DNA from: an uncultured Lentisphaerales bacterium
Lineage (GTDB): Bacteria; Verrucomicrobiota; Kiritimatiellia; RFP12; UBA3636
Direction: 5' to 3'
Assembly: GCA_964553035.1 (NCBI GenBank)
Contig: CAZKJH010000003.1
Span: forward strand, 767 to 64,766
Length of the DNA: 64,000 nt
Each line of letters opens with the position of its first letter. Position 1 is the first letter of the stretch. Both the position numbers and the translations under genes were made by a program. The notes beneath the pieces were generated by a model, which was not told where the DNA came from, did not search any database, and saw only the letters and a program-made list of their open reading frames with translations. Shown piece by piece: positions 34,628 through 43,165 of this stretch.

Positions 34628-36937
34628 TTAAATCAACTGAATCTTTCGCCGCCGTCCCATTACGGCGAATCCAGTGATCATCGACGTCAGCAAGAGAATC
34701 GGTACGGCAATCCACAGCAGGCTGTGGCCCAACGTGATTTGGAAGTAGAGCGTCGCAACGGACCAGCCCAACACCGTGAGGTAAACCATCATCACCACGC
34801 CGTAGTACCGTCCCAGCTCTCGGAAAGCCGCACCCATCGCGGCCAGGCACGGTACGTAGAGCAGAATAAAGAGCAGGTAGGCAAACGCTTGATGGCGACC
34901 CTTCGAAAACTTGATGCGCATGTTTGTGAAGACCGAGGTTTCGGTATCGAAAGCTTCCGCTACCGCCGCCTCATCGCCCGAAACATCGCGAAAGCCAAGC
35001 GGATCGCTCAGGGCCCTGAAGATTTTGCCAAAGGCAGGCGGGATAGTTGCGAAGGCATCTCGGACGCCGCCCCAGAAACTATATTTTGGCTCGTTTAAAT
35101 CCACATCCTCCGCAGAAAATGCCAAGGTGCTGTTCTGTCCATAGAGACTGGTCATTGTGCCGATTACGGCTTCTTTGGCAAACAGTCCAGTAAAGATGGC
35201 AACGGTGGCAGGCCAGTTATCTTTCTCTACGCCCATCGGTTCAAAAACTGGCGTGCAGGCCGTGGCGACGGCTGACAGCACCGATTTTTCACTATCCTTA
35301 TTACCGATCGAGCCATCCGTTCCAATCGTGTTGAGGACGCCGAGGATGAGCACCATGGGCACGATTACTTTACCTGCACGGAAAATGAAGACATGCAATC
35401 GATCCCAGGAATGGAGCAGAATGTGCTTCAGACGCGGCATGTGGTAGGGCGGTAGCTCCATGATAAAATGGGATGGTTCGCCGTAGAAAATGGTCTTCTT
35501 GAGAATCAGACCGGTAAGGATGCCCATGAGCATACCTGCGAGATAGATCATGAAGACAAGTCTTCCCGGATTTTCAGAAAAGAACGCCGCACCGAACACC
35601 ACATAGACAGGCAACTTGGCTCCGCACGACATGAAAGGCGTCATAAAAATGGTCAAAAAACGGTCGCGCTTGCTCTCCAGCGTCCGCGTTGCCATGATGG
35701 CCGGCACCGAGCAACCGAAGCCCACGAGCAGCGGCACGAAAGACTTGCCGGGAAGGCCGAGCCAGCGCATGAATCGATCCATCACAAACGCCGCACGCGC
35801 CATGTACCCTGAGTCTTCCAAGATAGCCAGACAGAAGAACATGAAGAAGATTGGCGGAAGGAACGTGGCCATCGTCTGCAAACCAGCACCCAAGCCGCTC
35901 GCGATCAACGCAACGAGGAACCCGGGCAGTCCCATCTTCTCCATCAGCACCGTGGGGCCATCAACGAAAAACGTCCCACCTAGGACATCGAAAAAGTCAA
36001 TGAACGCACCTCCCACAACTTGGGTGATCCAGAACACAATGTACATCACCAACAGGAAGAACGGGATGCCGAGCCATTTGTTAAGGATAACGGTGTCGGC
36101 CTTTTGGGTAAAGAAAACCCTCGGTGCGGCATGGGTCACCACCTCGTGGCAGAGCCCTTGAATCACGCCATAGCGAGAGTTGGCCAGCGATTCGTCGGGA
36201 TACTCCTTGAGAATTTTGACGATCCGAGAGCGTGCTTCGTCGAGTGTTTCTGTAGTCACCGCACCCATCGCGACTGCCTTATCGCACACGGGCTGGTCGC
36301 CTTCCAGCAATCGGATGGCAATCCAGCGATCATTGACGTGATACGACTGCGCAACGGGGCCACACGAAGGCAATAAGGCCGCGATTTCCACCTCAACCTC
36401 GTTTGTGTAGCCGATCTTCACGATCGGCTGTGCGGGGTGAAGCAAGGCTGATTCGATTGAGGCGATTAACGACTTGATACCCGACGGCTTTCGAACATCC
36501 ACACCGACAACAGGGCAGCCAAGGTGCTTCTCTAAATGAGCGAGGTCAATCTTAATTCCGCGGCACTGCACCATATCCATCATCGTGACGATGTGGATCA
36601 TCGGCACCCGAAGCTCGGTGAGCAATAACGTCAGATAGAGATTTCTCTCCAGATTAGTTCCGTCGATCACATTGACGAACATATCCGCTTCTCCACCCAA
36701 GGTGTACTCGACGGCTACTCGCTCGTCTTCACTACTCGACGTCAGTGAATAAATCCCAGGCAAATCAACCAACTCCACATCTGAGGCGTCGGCAAGCTTG
36801 AATATCCCAGTCTTGCGCTCAACCGTCACACCAGGCCAGTTGCCGATGTGCTGCCGTGATCCCGTCAACGCATTGAAGACGGTTGTCTTTCCGCAGTTCG
36901 GATTGCCGATGAGGCCAACTTTATAGGTTTTCTTCAC
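34628..36937 (-). CDS. feoB: Ferrous iron transport protein B
   Basis: N-terminal G-domain GNPNCGKTTVFNALTG. Polytopic membrane region. 769 aa. Confidence 0.92.
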   Translation of the reverse strand: MKKTYKVGLIGNPNCGKTTVFNALTGSRQHIGNWPGVTVERKTGIFKLADASDVELVDLPGIYSLTSSSEDERVAVEYTLGGEADMFVNVIDGTNLERNLYLTLLLTELRVPMIHIVTMMDMVQCRGIKIDLAHLEKHLGCPVVGVDVRKPSGIKSLIASIESALLHPAQPIVKIGYTNEVEVEIAALLPSCGPVAQSYHVNDRWIAIRLLEGDQPVCDKAVAMGAVTTETLDEARSRIVKILKEYPDESLANSRYGVIQGLCHEVVTHAAPRVFFTQKADTVILNKWLGIPFFLLVMYIVFWITQVVGGAFIDFFDVLGGTFFVDGPTVLMEKMGLPGFLVALIASGLGAGLQTMATFLPPIFFMFFCLAILEDSGYMARAAFVMDRFMRWLGLPGKSFVPLLVGFGCSVPAIMATRTLESKRDRFLTIFMTPFMSCGAKLPVYVVFGAAFFSENPGRLVFMIYLAGMLMGILTGLILKKTIFYGEPSHFIMELPPYHMPRLKHILLHSWDRLHVFIFRAGKVIVPMVLILGVLNTIGTDGSIGNKDSEKSVLSAVATACTPVFEPMGVEKDNWPATVAIFTGLFAKEAVIGTMTSLYGQNSTLAFSAEDVDLNEPKYSFWGGVRDAFATIPPAFGKIFRALSDPLGFRDVSGDEAAVAEAFDTETSVFTNMRIKFSKGRHQAFAYLLFILLYVPCLAAMGAAFRELGRYYGVVMMVYLTVLGWSVATLYFQITLGHSLLWIAVPILLLTSMITGFAVMGRRRKIQLI

Positions 36938-36955
36938 TGAAAGACCTCCGCGAAT

Positions 36956-37192
36956 TTACAGAATACAGACCTCAACCACGGCGGCCTCTGCCTTGCGGAG
37001 CGAGAGATGAAAACCCCTCACTTCAATTTCGATCGGATCCCCCAAGGGAGCCTGGTTAACAAGCTGCACAACGGCTCCCCGAGTCAGGCCAAGCGAAAGA
37101 AGCTTGGCCCGATAGGCCGGATTTCCTTCGGCATACCCCACCACCTTCGCCTTCACGCCTCTGACAAGATTACTGAGTGAGTATTTAGTCAT
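36956..37192 (-). CDS. feoA: Ferrous iron transport protein A
   Basis: 78 aa SH3-like FeoA. Immediately upstream of feoB. Confidence 0.8.
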   Translation of the reverse strand: MTKYSLSNLVRGVKAKVVGYAEGNPAYRAKLLSLGLTRGAVVQLVNQAPLGDPIEIEVRGFHLSLRKAEAAVVEVCIL

Positions 37193-37322
37193 GGAACGCC
37201 TCGTTTGTTATAATAGCCTAACATTTGAAAAAGAAATAAATATAGCCCTATGCGCGGTACTTGTCAACATAAAAAATCCCTTGGCTTCCTGTTCCTGTTA
37301 CTTTATACTGTTCGCCTCCATC

Positions 37323-38390
37323 ATGAAAATAATAGTCGGTCTCAGTGGCGGCGTCGATTCCTCGGTCGCAGCGCTACTTCTCAAGAACGAGGGACATGAG
37401 GTCACAGGTGTGACCATGAAAATCTGGCGTTCTGGCAAATATGCCGGCGGCGACAGGGATGCTTGTTTTGGTTCTGGCGAGGACGAGGATGTTGCCGTCG
37501 CAGAGGCACTTTGCGCCCGCATCGGCATTCCCTACCGCACCTTTGACTGTTCCAGTCAATATGACGATCTGATCGTCTCGCACTTCCGCAATGAATACAT
37601 GGCTGGCCGCACCCCGAATCCGTGTGTGCGCTGCAACGCCATGATGAAATTTGGTCTTCTTCCTGAGCTGGCTAAGGCCGAAGGGATCGCCTTCGATCGC
37701 TTCGCAACGGGCCATTATGCCCGCACGGATATTGTCGACGGACACTCCCGCTTGCTCCGGGCTGTCGATTCTTTCAAGGATCAGTCATACTTCCTTTATC
37801 GACTTTCGCAGGAGCAACTGGCGCGCCATCTCTTCCCGTTAGGTAGTCTCTCAAAGAACGAGGTGAGGCAAATAGCGCGAGAAAATCAGCTTGATGCCGC
37901 CGAGAAGCCAGACAGCCAAGACTTCTATAGTGGCGACCGCGATGAACTGATCGGCGAGCCAGATCGTTCAGGAAACATTGTCGATGAAACCGGCAAAATC
38001 CTCGGACATCATACCGGATTCTGGAAATACACCATCGGCCAGCGCAAAGGGCTCTGCATTGCTCATCCGTTACCCCTCTATGTCGTCGAGCTCAACGCCT
38101 GCACGAACGAAGTGGTCGTCGGCACCGTTGAACGCACACTCGGTCATTCGCTCGTTGCTGACTCCTGCAACTGGACTTCGATTCCTGCGCCGGAGACGAC
38201 AATGGATGTCCAGATCAAAGTCCGTTCCGCAGGGAAGCCGCTTGAAGGCGCAACCGTGCGCCCGCTTGGCGAAGGACGCTATGAAGCGCGCTTCGCCACT
38301 GGCATTGCTGGCGTTGCGCCCGGACAATCCGCCGTCTTCTTCCAGGGCGATGTCGTCCTCGGCGGCGGCATTATCAGGAGCGCCGAATGA
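37323..38390 (+). CDS. mnmA: tRNA-specific 2-thiouridylase MnmA (start at internal MKIIVGLSGG)
   Basis: PP-loop SGGVDSSVAA. Catalytic cysteines CVRCN. The track ORF has a 44-codon spurious extension. Confidence 0.9.
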   Translation: MKIIVGLSGGVDSSVAALLLKNEGHEVTGVTMKIWRSGKYAGGDRDACFGSGEDEDVAVAEALCARIGIPYRTFDCSSQYDDLIVSHFRNEYMAGRTPNPCVRCNAMMKFGLLPELAKAEGIAFDRFATGHYARTDIVDGHSRLLRAVDSFKDQSYFLYRLSQEQLARHLFPLGSLSKNEVRQIARENQLDAAEKPDSQDFYSGDRDELIGEPDRSGNIVDETGKILGHHTGFWKYTIGQRKGLCIAHPLPLYVVELNACTNEVVVGTVERTLGHSLVADSCNWTSIPAPETTMDVQIKVRSAGKPLEGATVRPLGEGRYEARFATGIAGVAPGQSAVFFQGDVVLGGGIIRSAE

Positions 38391-39502
38391 TCCCGCTAGA
38401 AACCATTCTCGAACGAGCAAAAGCCAATCCCCACGCCTTGTCGCGCGATGAACTTGCGCTTCTGCTCTCACTGACCGCCCCCGCCGATCTGCAGAAACTG
38501 CATGATGCGGCTTACGAGGTCAAATGCCGCTACGCAGGTAAAATCGTCAGCTTCCGCGGAATCATCGAGATGGGCAATGTCTGCTCGAAAGACTGTTTCT
38601 ACTGCGGCATCCGTAAAGGCAACGCCAAGGTCGAACGCTTCCAGCTCGACGAGGCCACGATCTTGCGCGGCATCAAACGCACCCTCGACATGGAATACGG
38701 CTCGCTGGTACTCCAGTCCGGCGAACTCGAATCCGAAGCGCATACCGCCTTCATCGAAAATATCCTGCACCGCATCTCGGAAATGTCGGACGGCAAACTC
38801 GGCGTTACCCTTTCCCTTGGAGAACAGTCGGACGAAACCTTCTGGCGCTGGCGTGCCGCTGGTGCGCATCGCTACCTGCTCCGCATCGAATCGTCGAATC
38901 CGGAAATCTACGCCAGACTTCATCCCGCCGACCACAGCTTTGAACGTCGCGTGGATTGCCTGCGTCTGCTACGCAAACACGACTACCAGGTCGGCAGTGG
39001 CGTCATGAGCGGTCTTCCCGGACAGACCAGCGACGATCTGGCCAACGACATTGTGTTCTTCCGCGAAATGGATCTCGACATGATCGGCATGGGCCCGTAC
39101 ATACCGCATCACGACACACCGCTCGGACAGGACATCCCCTTCACGCCGGAGTATGCAGCCGACCATCTGCGCCTCGGCCTCAACATGATCTCGGCCACCC
39201 GTCTCTTCCTGCACGATGTCAACATCGCCGCCACCACGGCGCTGCAGGCACTCGCCGATGATGGTCGCGAACAAGGCATTCTTGCCGGGGCCAACATCGT
39301 GATGCCCAACGTCACCGACACCGAATACCGTCGCAACTACCAGCTCTACGAGAACAAGCCCTGCCTCGACGAAAACTCAGAGCAATGCCGCTACTGCCTT
39401 GCCCGCCGACTCGAAAAAATCGGCGAAACCGTCAACTGGAACCACCGCGGCGATTCGCCTCACTACGCCGCCCGGCACGAGAATGACGAACGGAGGAAAT
39501 AG
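38387..39502 (+). CDS. hydE: [FeFe]-hydrogenase maturase HydE-type radical SAM protein
   Basis: CSKDCFYCGIRKGN radical-SAM cluster motif. Block SLGEQSDETFWRWRAAGAHRYLLRIESSNPEIYARLHPADHSFERR is colinear with HydE (BioB/HydE family). MVGLPGQT-like GLPGQTSDDL. Confidence 0.75.
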   Translation: MIPLETILERAKANPHALSRDELALLLSLTAPADLQKLHDAAYEVKCRYAGKIVSFRGIIEMGNVCSKDCFYCGIRKGNAKVERFQLDEATILRGIKRTLDMEYGSLVLQSGELESEAHTAFIENILHRISEMSDGKLGVTLSLGEQSDETFWRWRAAGAHRYLLRIESSNPEIYARLHPADHSFERRVDCLRLLRKHDYQVGSGVMSGLPGQTSDDLANDIVFFREMDLDMIGMGPYIPHHDTPLGQDIPFTPEYAADHLRLGLNMISATRLFLHDVNIAATTALQALADDGREQGILAGANIVMPNVTDTEYRRNYQLYENKPCLDENSEQCRYCLARRLEKIGETVNWNHRGDSPHYAARHENDERRK

Positions 39503-39886
39503 TTTTTGGAATTGGGTTTTTGACAAGATTGCAATACCCACTCCACTAAGCTTCTTGTTCTTCTCGCCCTTCCGGTTAAAAACCCTTCGCCACTCACCTC
39601 AGCCTCCTCTGCACATTAAACAATTCGTATAATCCGTGTTTAATCCGTGAATCACGATGCACGCCCCTCGCTTTAGCTGCTCTAAAATACCACCCGAAAA
39701 GCCAAGCTACGTTTAAACCGAAAGTATTACTTTACATTTAGACGTCCTAAGCGCCAAAAAACTCACGTCATCCGGAATTAAAATTGAACTTTAATTTTGC
39801 ATAATTTCATTTATATCATTGGATGTAAGTACTTTACCATGTAATACTTTTTATAAATAGCGTTTATTTTCACTAACTTTTATGCA

Positions 39887-39909
39887 AAATTAAAATTGAA
39901 TTTTAATTT
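39887..39909. promoter_or_regulatory. Perfect 23-bp AT-rich palindrome AAATTAAAATTGAATTTTAATTT, ~50 bp upstream of the ATPase gene (putative operator)
   Basis: 11-bp arms around a central G. A related copy ATTAAAATTGAACTTTAATTTT sits at ~39777-39800. Confidence 0.4.
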
Positions 39910-39955
39910 CGCGTATTTTATGGTATGATATTTTCACTTCACAAGGAGACCGTCA

Positions 39956-41140
39956 ATGATCTATCGAAATATTACTCCTCATCTGGAAAAACTCGCTACC
40001 TTGTTCCCAGTTGTTACGATCCTCGGGCCTCGGCAGTCGGGAAAGACAACGCTGGCGCGTATGACATTCAAAAACTATTCATACGCCAACCTCGAATTGC
40101 CGCCGGTGCGGCAGCTTGCACGCGAAGACCCACAAACTTTTTTTGTTAACTTTCCGGCCCCCTTGATCATCGATGAAGTCCAACATGCCCCTGAGTTGCT
40201 GAGCTATATTCAGGTTTTCGTTGACGAGCACAAAGCGCGTGGGCAATACATTTTGACGGGATCACATCAGCCACTCCTTCAGGCAAAAGTCACCCAGTCG
40301 CTGGCAGGACGTACCGCCTTGCTGACACTGCTCCCACTCTCTTTGCCCGAACTTGCCAATGCTGGATTTTCAATGGACAGGGACGAGTGGCTATTTAAAG
40401 GATTCATGCCCAGGATTTATGATGAGTCAATTCCGCCGACATTGCTCTATGAGAACTACTACCGGACCTACGTCGAACGAGACGTCCGGCAACTCATCAA
40501 CGTGAAAGATCAAAATGCTTTTGAAACGTTCGTACGCTTTCTCGCAGGGCGTGTGGGGCAGGTGGTCAATCTCGAAAGCATGTCCAACGACATCGGCGTC
40601 TCGTCCCCCACCTTGGCCGCATGGCTTTCCGTGCTCGAAGCGAGTTATATCGTTTTCAAGCTCCATCCCTATTACAACAATTTCGGGAAACGACTGATCA
40701 AATCCCCAAAAATCTACTTCACGGATGTGGGTCTGGCGTCGTACCTGCTTCGAATTGAAAATCGTGATCAAATCGCTCGGGATCCGCTTATCGGAGGCCT
40801 TTTCGAGAATCTTGTCGTACTCGAGGCACTCAAGGCACGTTACAATGCAGGGCTTTCTCCTGATTTATATTACTTCAGGGATAGCAGTGGACTTGAGATC
40901 AACTTGATTCTGGATCAGGCACGCCAACTACACGCCTTCGAAATCAAATCGTCCAGGACGTGGAACTCAGCATTCGGAAAGAATATGGGGAAATTCCGTG
41001 AAAGAATTTCCAGCCTTCTTTCATCCACAGTTATCTATTCAGGTGAGCCCATAGCTGGCAGCGAAAGCCGCCCCTCATGCGTCCACTTCACTAACACAGC
41101 AAGCCTGTTTGTCAAGACGCCAGAAAGCGTTGGGCCTTAG
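39956..41140 (+). CDS. AAA+ superfamily ATPase of the COG1373 / AAA_14 + DUF4143 type
   Basis: Walker A GPRQSGKTT, Walker B LIIDEVQ, C-terminal KIYFTDVGL. AAGGAG SD. Sits in a low-GC island. Confidence 0.8.
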   Translation: MIYRNITPHLEKLATLFPVVTILGPRQSGKTTLARMTFKNYSYANLELPPVRQLAREDPQTFFVNFPAPLIIDEVQHAPELLSYIQVFVDEHKARGQYILTGSHQPLLQAKVTQSLAGRTALLTLLPLSLPELANAGFSMDRDEWLFKGFMPRIYDESIPPTLLYENYYRTYVERDVRQLINVKDQNAFETFVRFLAGRVGQVVNLESMSNDIGVSSPTLAAWLSVLEASYIVFKLHPYYNNFGKRLIKSPKIYFTDVGLASYLLRIENRDQIARDPLIGGLFENLVVLEALKARYNAGLSPDLYYFRDSSGLEINLILDQARQLHAFEIKSSRTWNSAFGKNMGKFRERISSLLSSTVIYSGEPIAGSESRPSCVHFTNTASLFVKTPESVGP

Positions 41141-41163
41141 ATAAGATTATAGCAGCGCCATTC

Positions 41164-41404
41164 CCTGTGGCAAAGTGGACACCCTGCCACAGGCATCTCC
41201 GCATCCGCACCACACGCCGAGCGGCTGGGTGGCAGCCTCATCTCGTATTGTAATCTCGACATTTAGTTCAAGATTACGGTGGCGTAATTGCCTGTGGCAA
41301 AGTGGACACCCTGCCACAGGCATCTCCGCATCCGCACCACACGCCGAGCGGCTGGGTGGCAGCCTCATCTCGTATTGTAATCTCGACATTTAGTTCAAGA
41401 TTAT
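41164..41404. repeat. Tandem duplication, 2 x ~127 bp (114 bp identical per unit), each unit with a 9-bp-stem hairpin CCTGTGGCA...TGCCACAGG and a GGCTG...CAGCC hairpin
   Basis: Direct sequence identity between 41164-41277 and 41291-41404. This explains the duplicated peptides in minus-strand ORFs 41147-41389 and 41274-41618. Confidence 0.85.
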
Positions 41405-41425
41405 AATGACGAGATTGCTTGTGTC

Positions 41426-41942
41426 CATAATCGGTCAGCCATCGGGGGGATGGGTGAAAGTATTTTGCGGGGGTGACGCCTGAGATCTGCTCTGCTGTGC
41501 TATCAACCCAGTTGTCGCAATAAGCGCGGTGCGGTTTTAAACACAGAGAGTTGGAGACACAGAGATTGAGCCACTGGGAGCGATATGCTTCCAGCCTGTG
41601 CAAACGACAAACAGGCAAGATGCCTGTTCTCCCAGTAGGGCAACATTTTTCTGTCCACCCATTTTTCTGTCCCTCTCTACACTAAAACAAGGGGCATATC
41701 TCTAGAAATCCCCGATACCGATTTTTCGTTTTGGATCCCGATACCGATACCGATTTCGATTACAGACGCGGAGGTCTGCATCGCTCCAGTTTTCTAGTAA
41801 AACAAGAGACAGGCGTCTAGAAATTGCGGCCAATCAGGAGATTGGCTCTCCTATTCCCATCCCTCTGTGCCTCAAACTCTCTGTGTTTAAAACCCAAACC
41901 CCATTACCCACATACTTGCCCCCGGTCACTGACCGATTACGA
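41426..41942. repeat. Non-coding element with nested inverted repeats (MITE-like or structured-RNA candidate)
   Basis: Outer IR TAATCGGTCAG...CGGGGG at 41426-41450 pairs with 41916-41942. Inner perfect 20-bp IR GGTTTTAAACACAGAGAGTT at 41533-41552 pairs with 41878-41897. Internal short repeats TCTAGAAAT x2, ATTTTTCTGTCC x2, CCGATACCGAT x2. Confidence 0.7.
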
Positions 41943-41989
41943 GTTTCATCTGAAAAACACTTGTCTTCTCGAGAACGAATGGTTATGCT

Positions 41990-43135
41990 TTGGATCACCT
42001 CTATATGATGGAGGCTGATACAAAGGACGGCTATGACGAAGGGAGATTATTGATGAATCGACGCGCTATTATTGGTGATCTTGTGTTGCCAGACCGCATC
42101 CTGCGAGGTGGAGCGGTCGTTATTGCAGACGGCGTTATCGAATACGCAGGCCCGGCGGACAGCGTTGCGTTGCCCGACAACCAGATTCGAACGGGCGGGC
42201 GGCTCGTGGCACCGGGCTTTGTTGACATTCATTGTCATGCGGGAGCTGGAGTTATGTCGCACGATGATCCCGCTGCCGTGGCAGCGTATCACCGCCGCCA
42301 CGGAACGACGGGATTGCTGCTTTCGTTTTATCGTAATCTCTCAAATGACCAAGTGCTGGAAGGGTTACGGAAAATCGCGGCATGTCAGGCACCGAATGTG
42401 TTGGGCGTTCACATGGAGGGGCCATACCTTAACCCGGAATACGGAGCCAGAAAGCAGCCATTTTCGTCTGTTGATCCGGTTTTTTATCGTCAGGTCATCA
42501 ATTCCGGGCTTGTTCGTCAATGGACTTATGCTCCGGAAATGCCTGGCACTTCTGCCTTTGCACGCGAAATTGCGGCGGCAGGCATCGTGCCTGCAATCGG
42601 CCATAGTGCGGCTTCGCCTGCCGAAGTGGATCAGGCGGTCTGTGACGGTGCCCGCATCGTTACACATTTGATGAACGCCACGGGTTGCAGTATATCACCA
42701 ACGCGCTACGGTGGAACGATCGAGGTCTCGTTTGATCTCGCGGCGATGCGCCATGACAAGATGTTCTTCGAGGTTATCTTCGACCGTGAGGGTATACACG
42801 TCCGGCGCGAGATGATCGAATTCATTCTGAAGACGGCTGGGGTAGATTTTGTGGTGGGTATTACGGATTGTGCGGCGGGTGGACTAGATGTCGATGACGG
42901 CCGGGATGTGATCGGCGAGGGTCGCGCATTGTCCGGTACCCGATTGACAATGAGCGGTGTGGCACGCAACTTCCTTTCGCTTGGTATGCCGCTTCAAGAT
43001 GTCTTTAAGATTGTCGCGCTCAATCCCGCGCGTGCGATTGGAATGGATGATCGTGTTGGGAGTCTGGCGCAAGGTCGGCGCGCTGACCTCCTGTTGATTG
43101 ATGCCGAATTAAATAAAGTAGAGGTGGTTACCTGA
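41990..43135 (+). CDS. nagA: N-acetylglucosamine-6-phosphate deacetylase-like amidohydrolase
   Basis: GFVDIHCHAG metal-binding motif, GVHMEGPYLNPE, and IGHSAASPAEVDQAVCDGARIVTHLMNA match NagA blocks. True start may be the internal Met at ~42053. Confidence 0.7.
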   Translation: MDHLYMMEADTKDGYDEGRLLMNRRAIIGDLVLPDRILRGGAVVIADGVIEYAGPADSVALPDNQIRTGGRLVAPGFVDIHCHAGAGVMSHDDPAAVAAYHRRHGTTGLLLSFYRNLSNDQVLEGLRKIAACQAPNVLGVHMEGPYLNPEYGARKQPFSSVDPVFYRQVINSGLVRQWTYAPEMPGTSAFAREIAAAGIVPAIGHSAASPAEVDQAVCDGARIVTHLMNATGCSISPTRYGGTIEVSFDLAAMRHDKMFFEVIFDREGIHVRREMIEFILKTAGVDFVVGITDCAAGGLDVDDGRDVIGEGRALSGTRLTMSGVARNFLSLGMPLQDVFKIVALNPARAIGMDDRVGSLAQGRRADLLLIDAELNKVEVVT

Positions 43136-43165
43136 ACGTAGTGCGCAGTCGCTTCTGTCAGAGAC

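Noticed and set aside
41164-41404. Possible CRISPR array
   Set aside because: There are only two repeat units of ~114 bp with a 13-bp spacer, and no cas genes. This is inconsistent with CRISPR repeat/spacer geometry.
41147-41618. Two minus-strand ORFs (80 and 114 aa) sharing an identical 38-aa peptide
   Set aside because: The identity is an artefact of the 127-bp tandem DNA duplication. There is no RBS and the composition is not protein-like.
41824-42018. 64-aa ORF inside the inverted-repeat element
   Set aside because: It has no RBS. It spans the IR and the start region of the NagA-like gene, and its Cys/Pro-rich composition looks like random translation.
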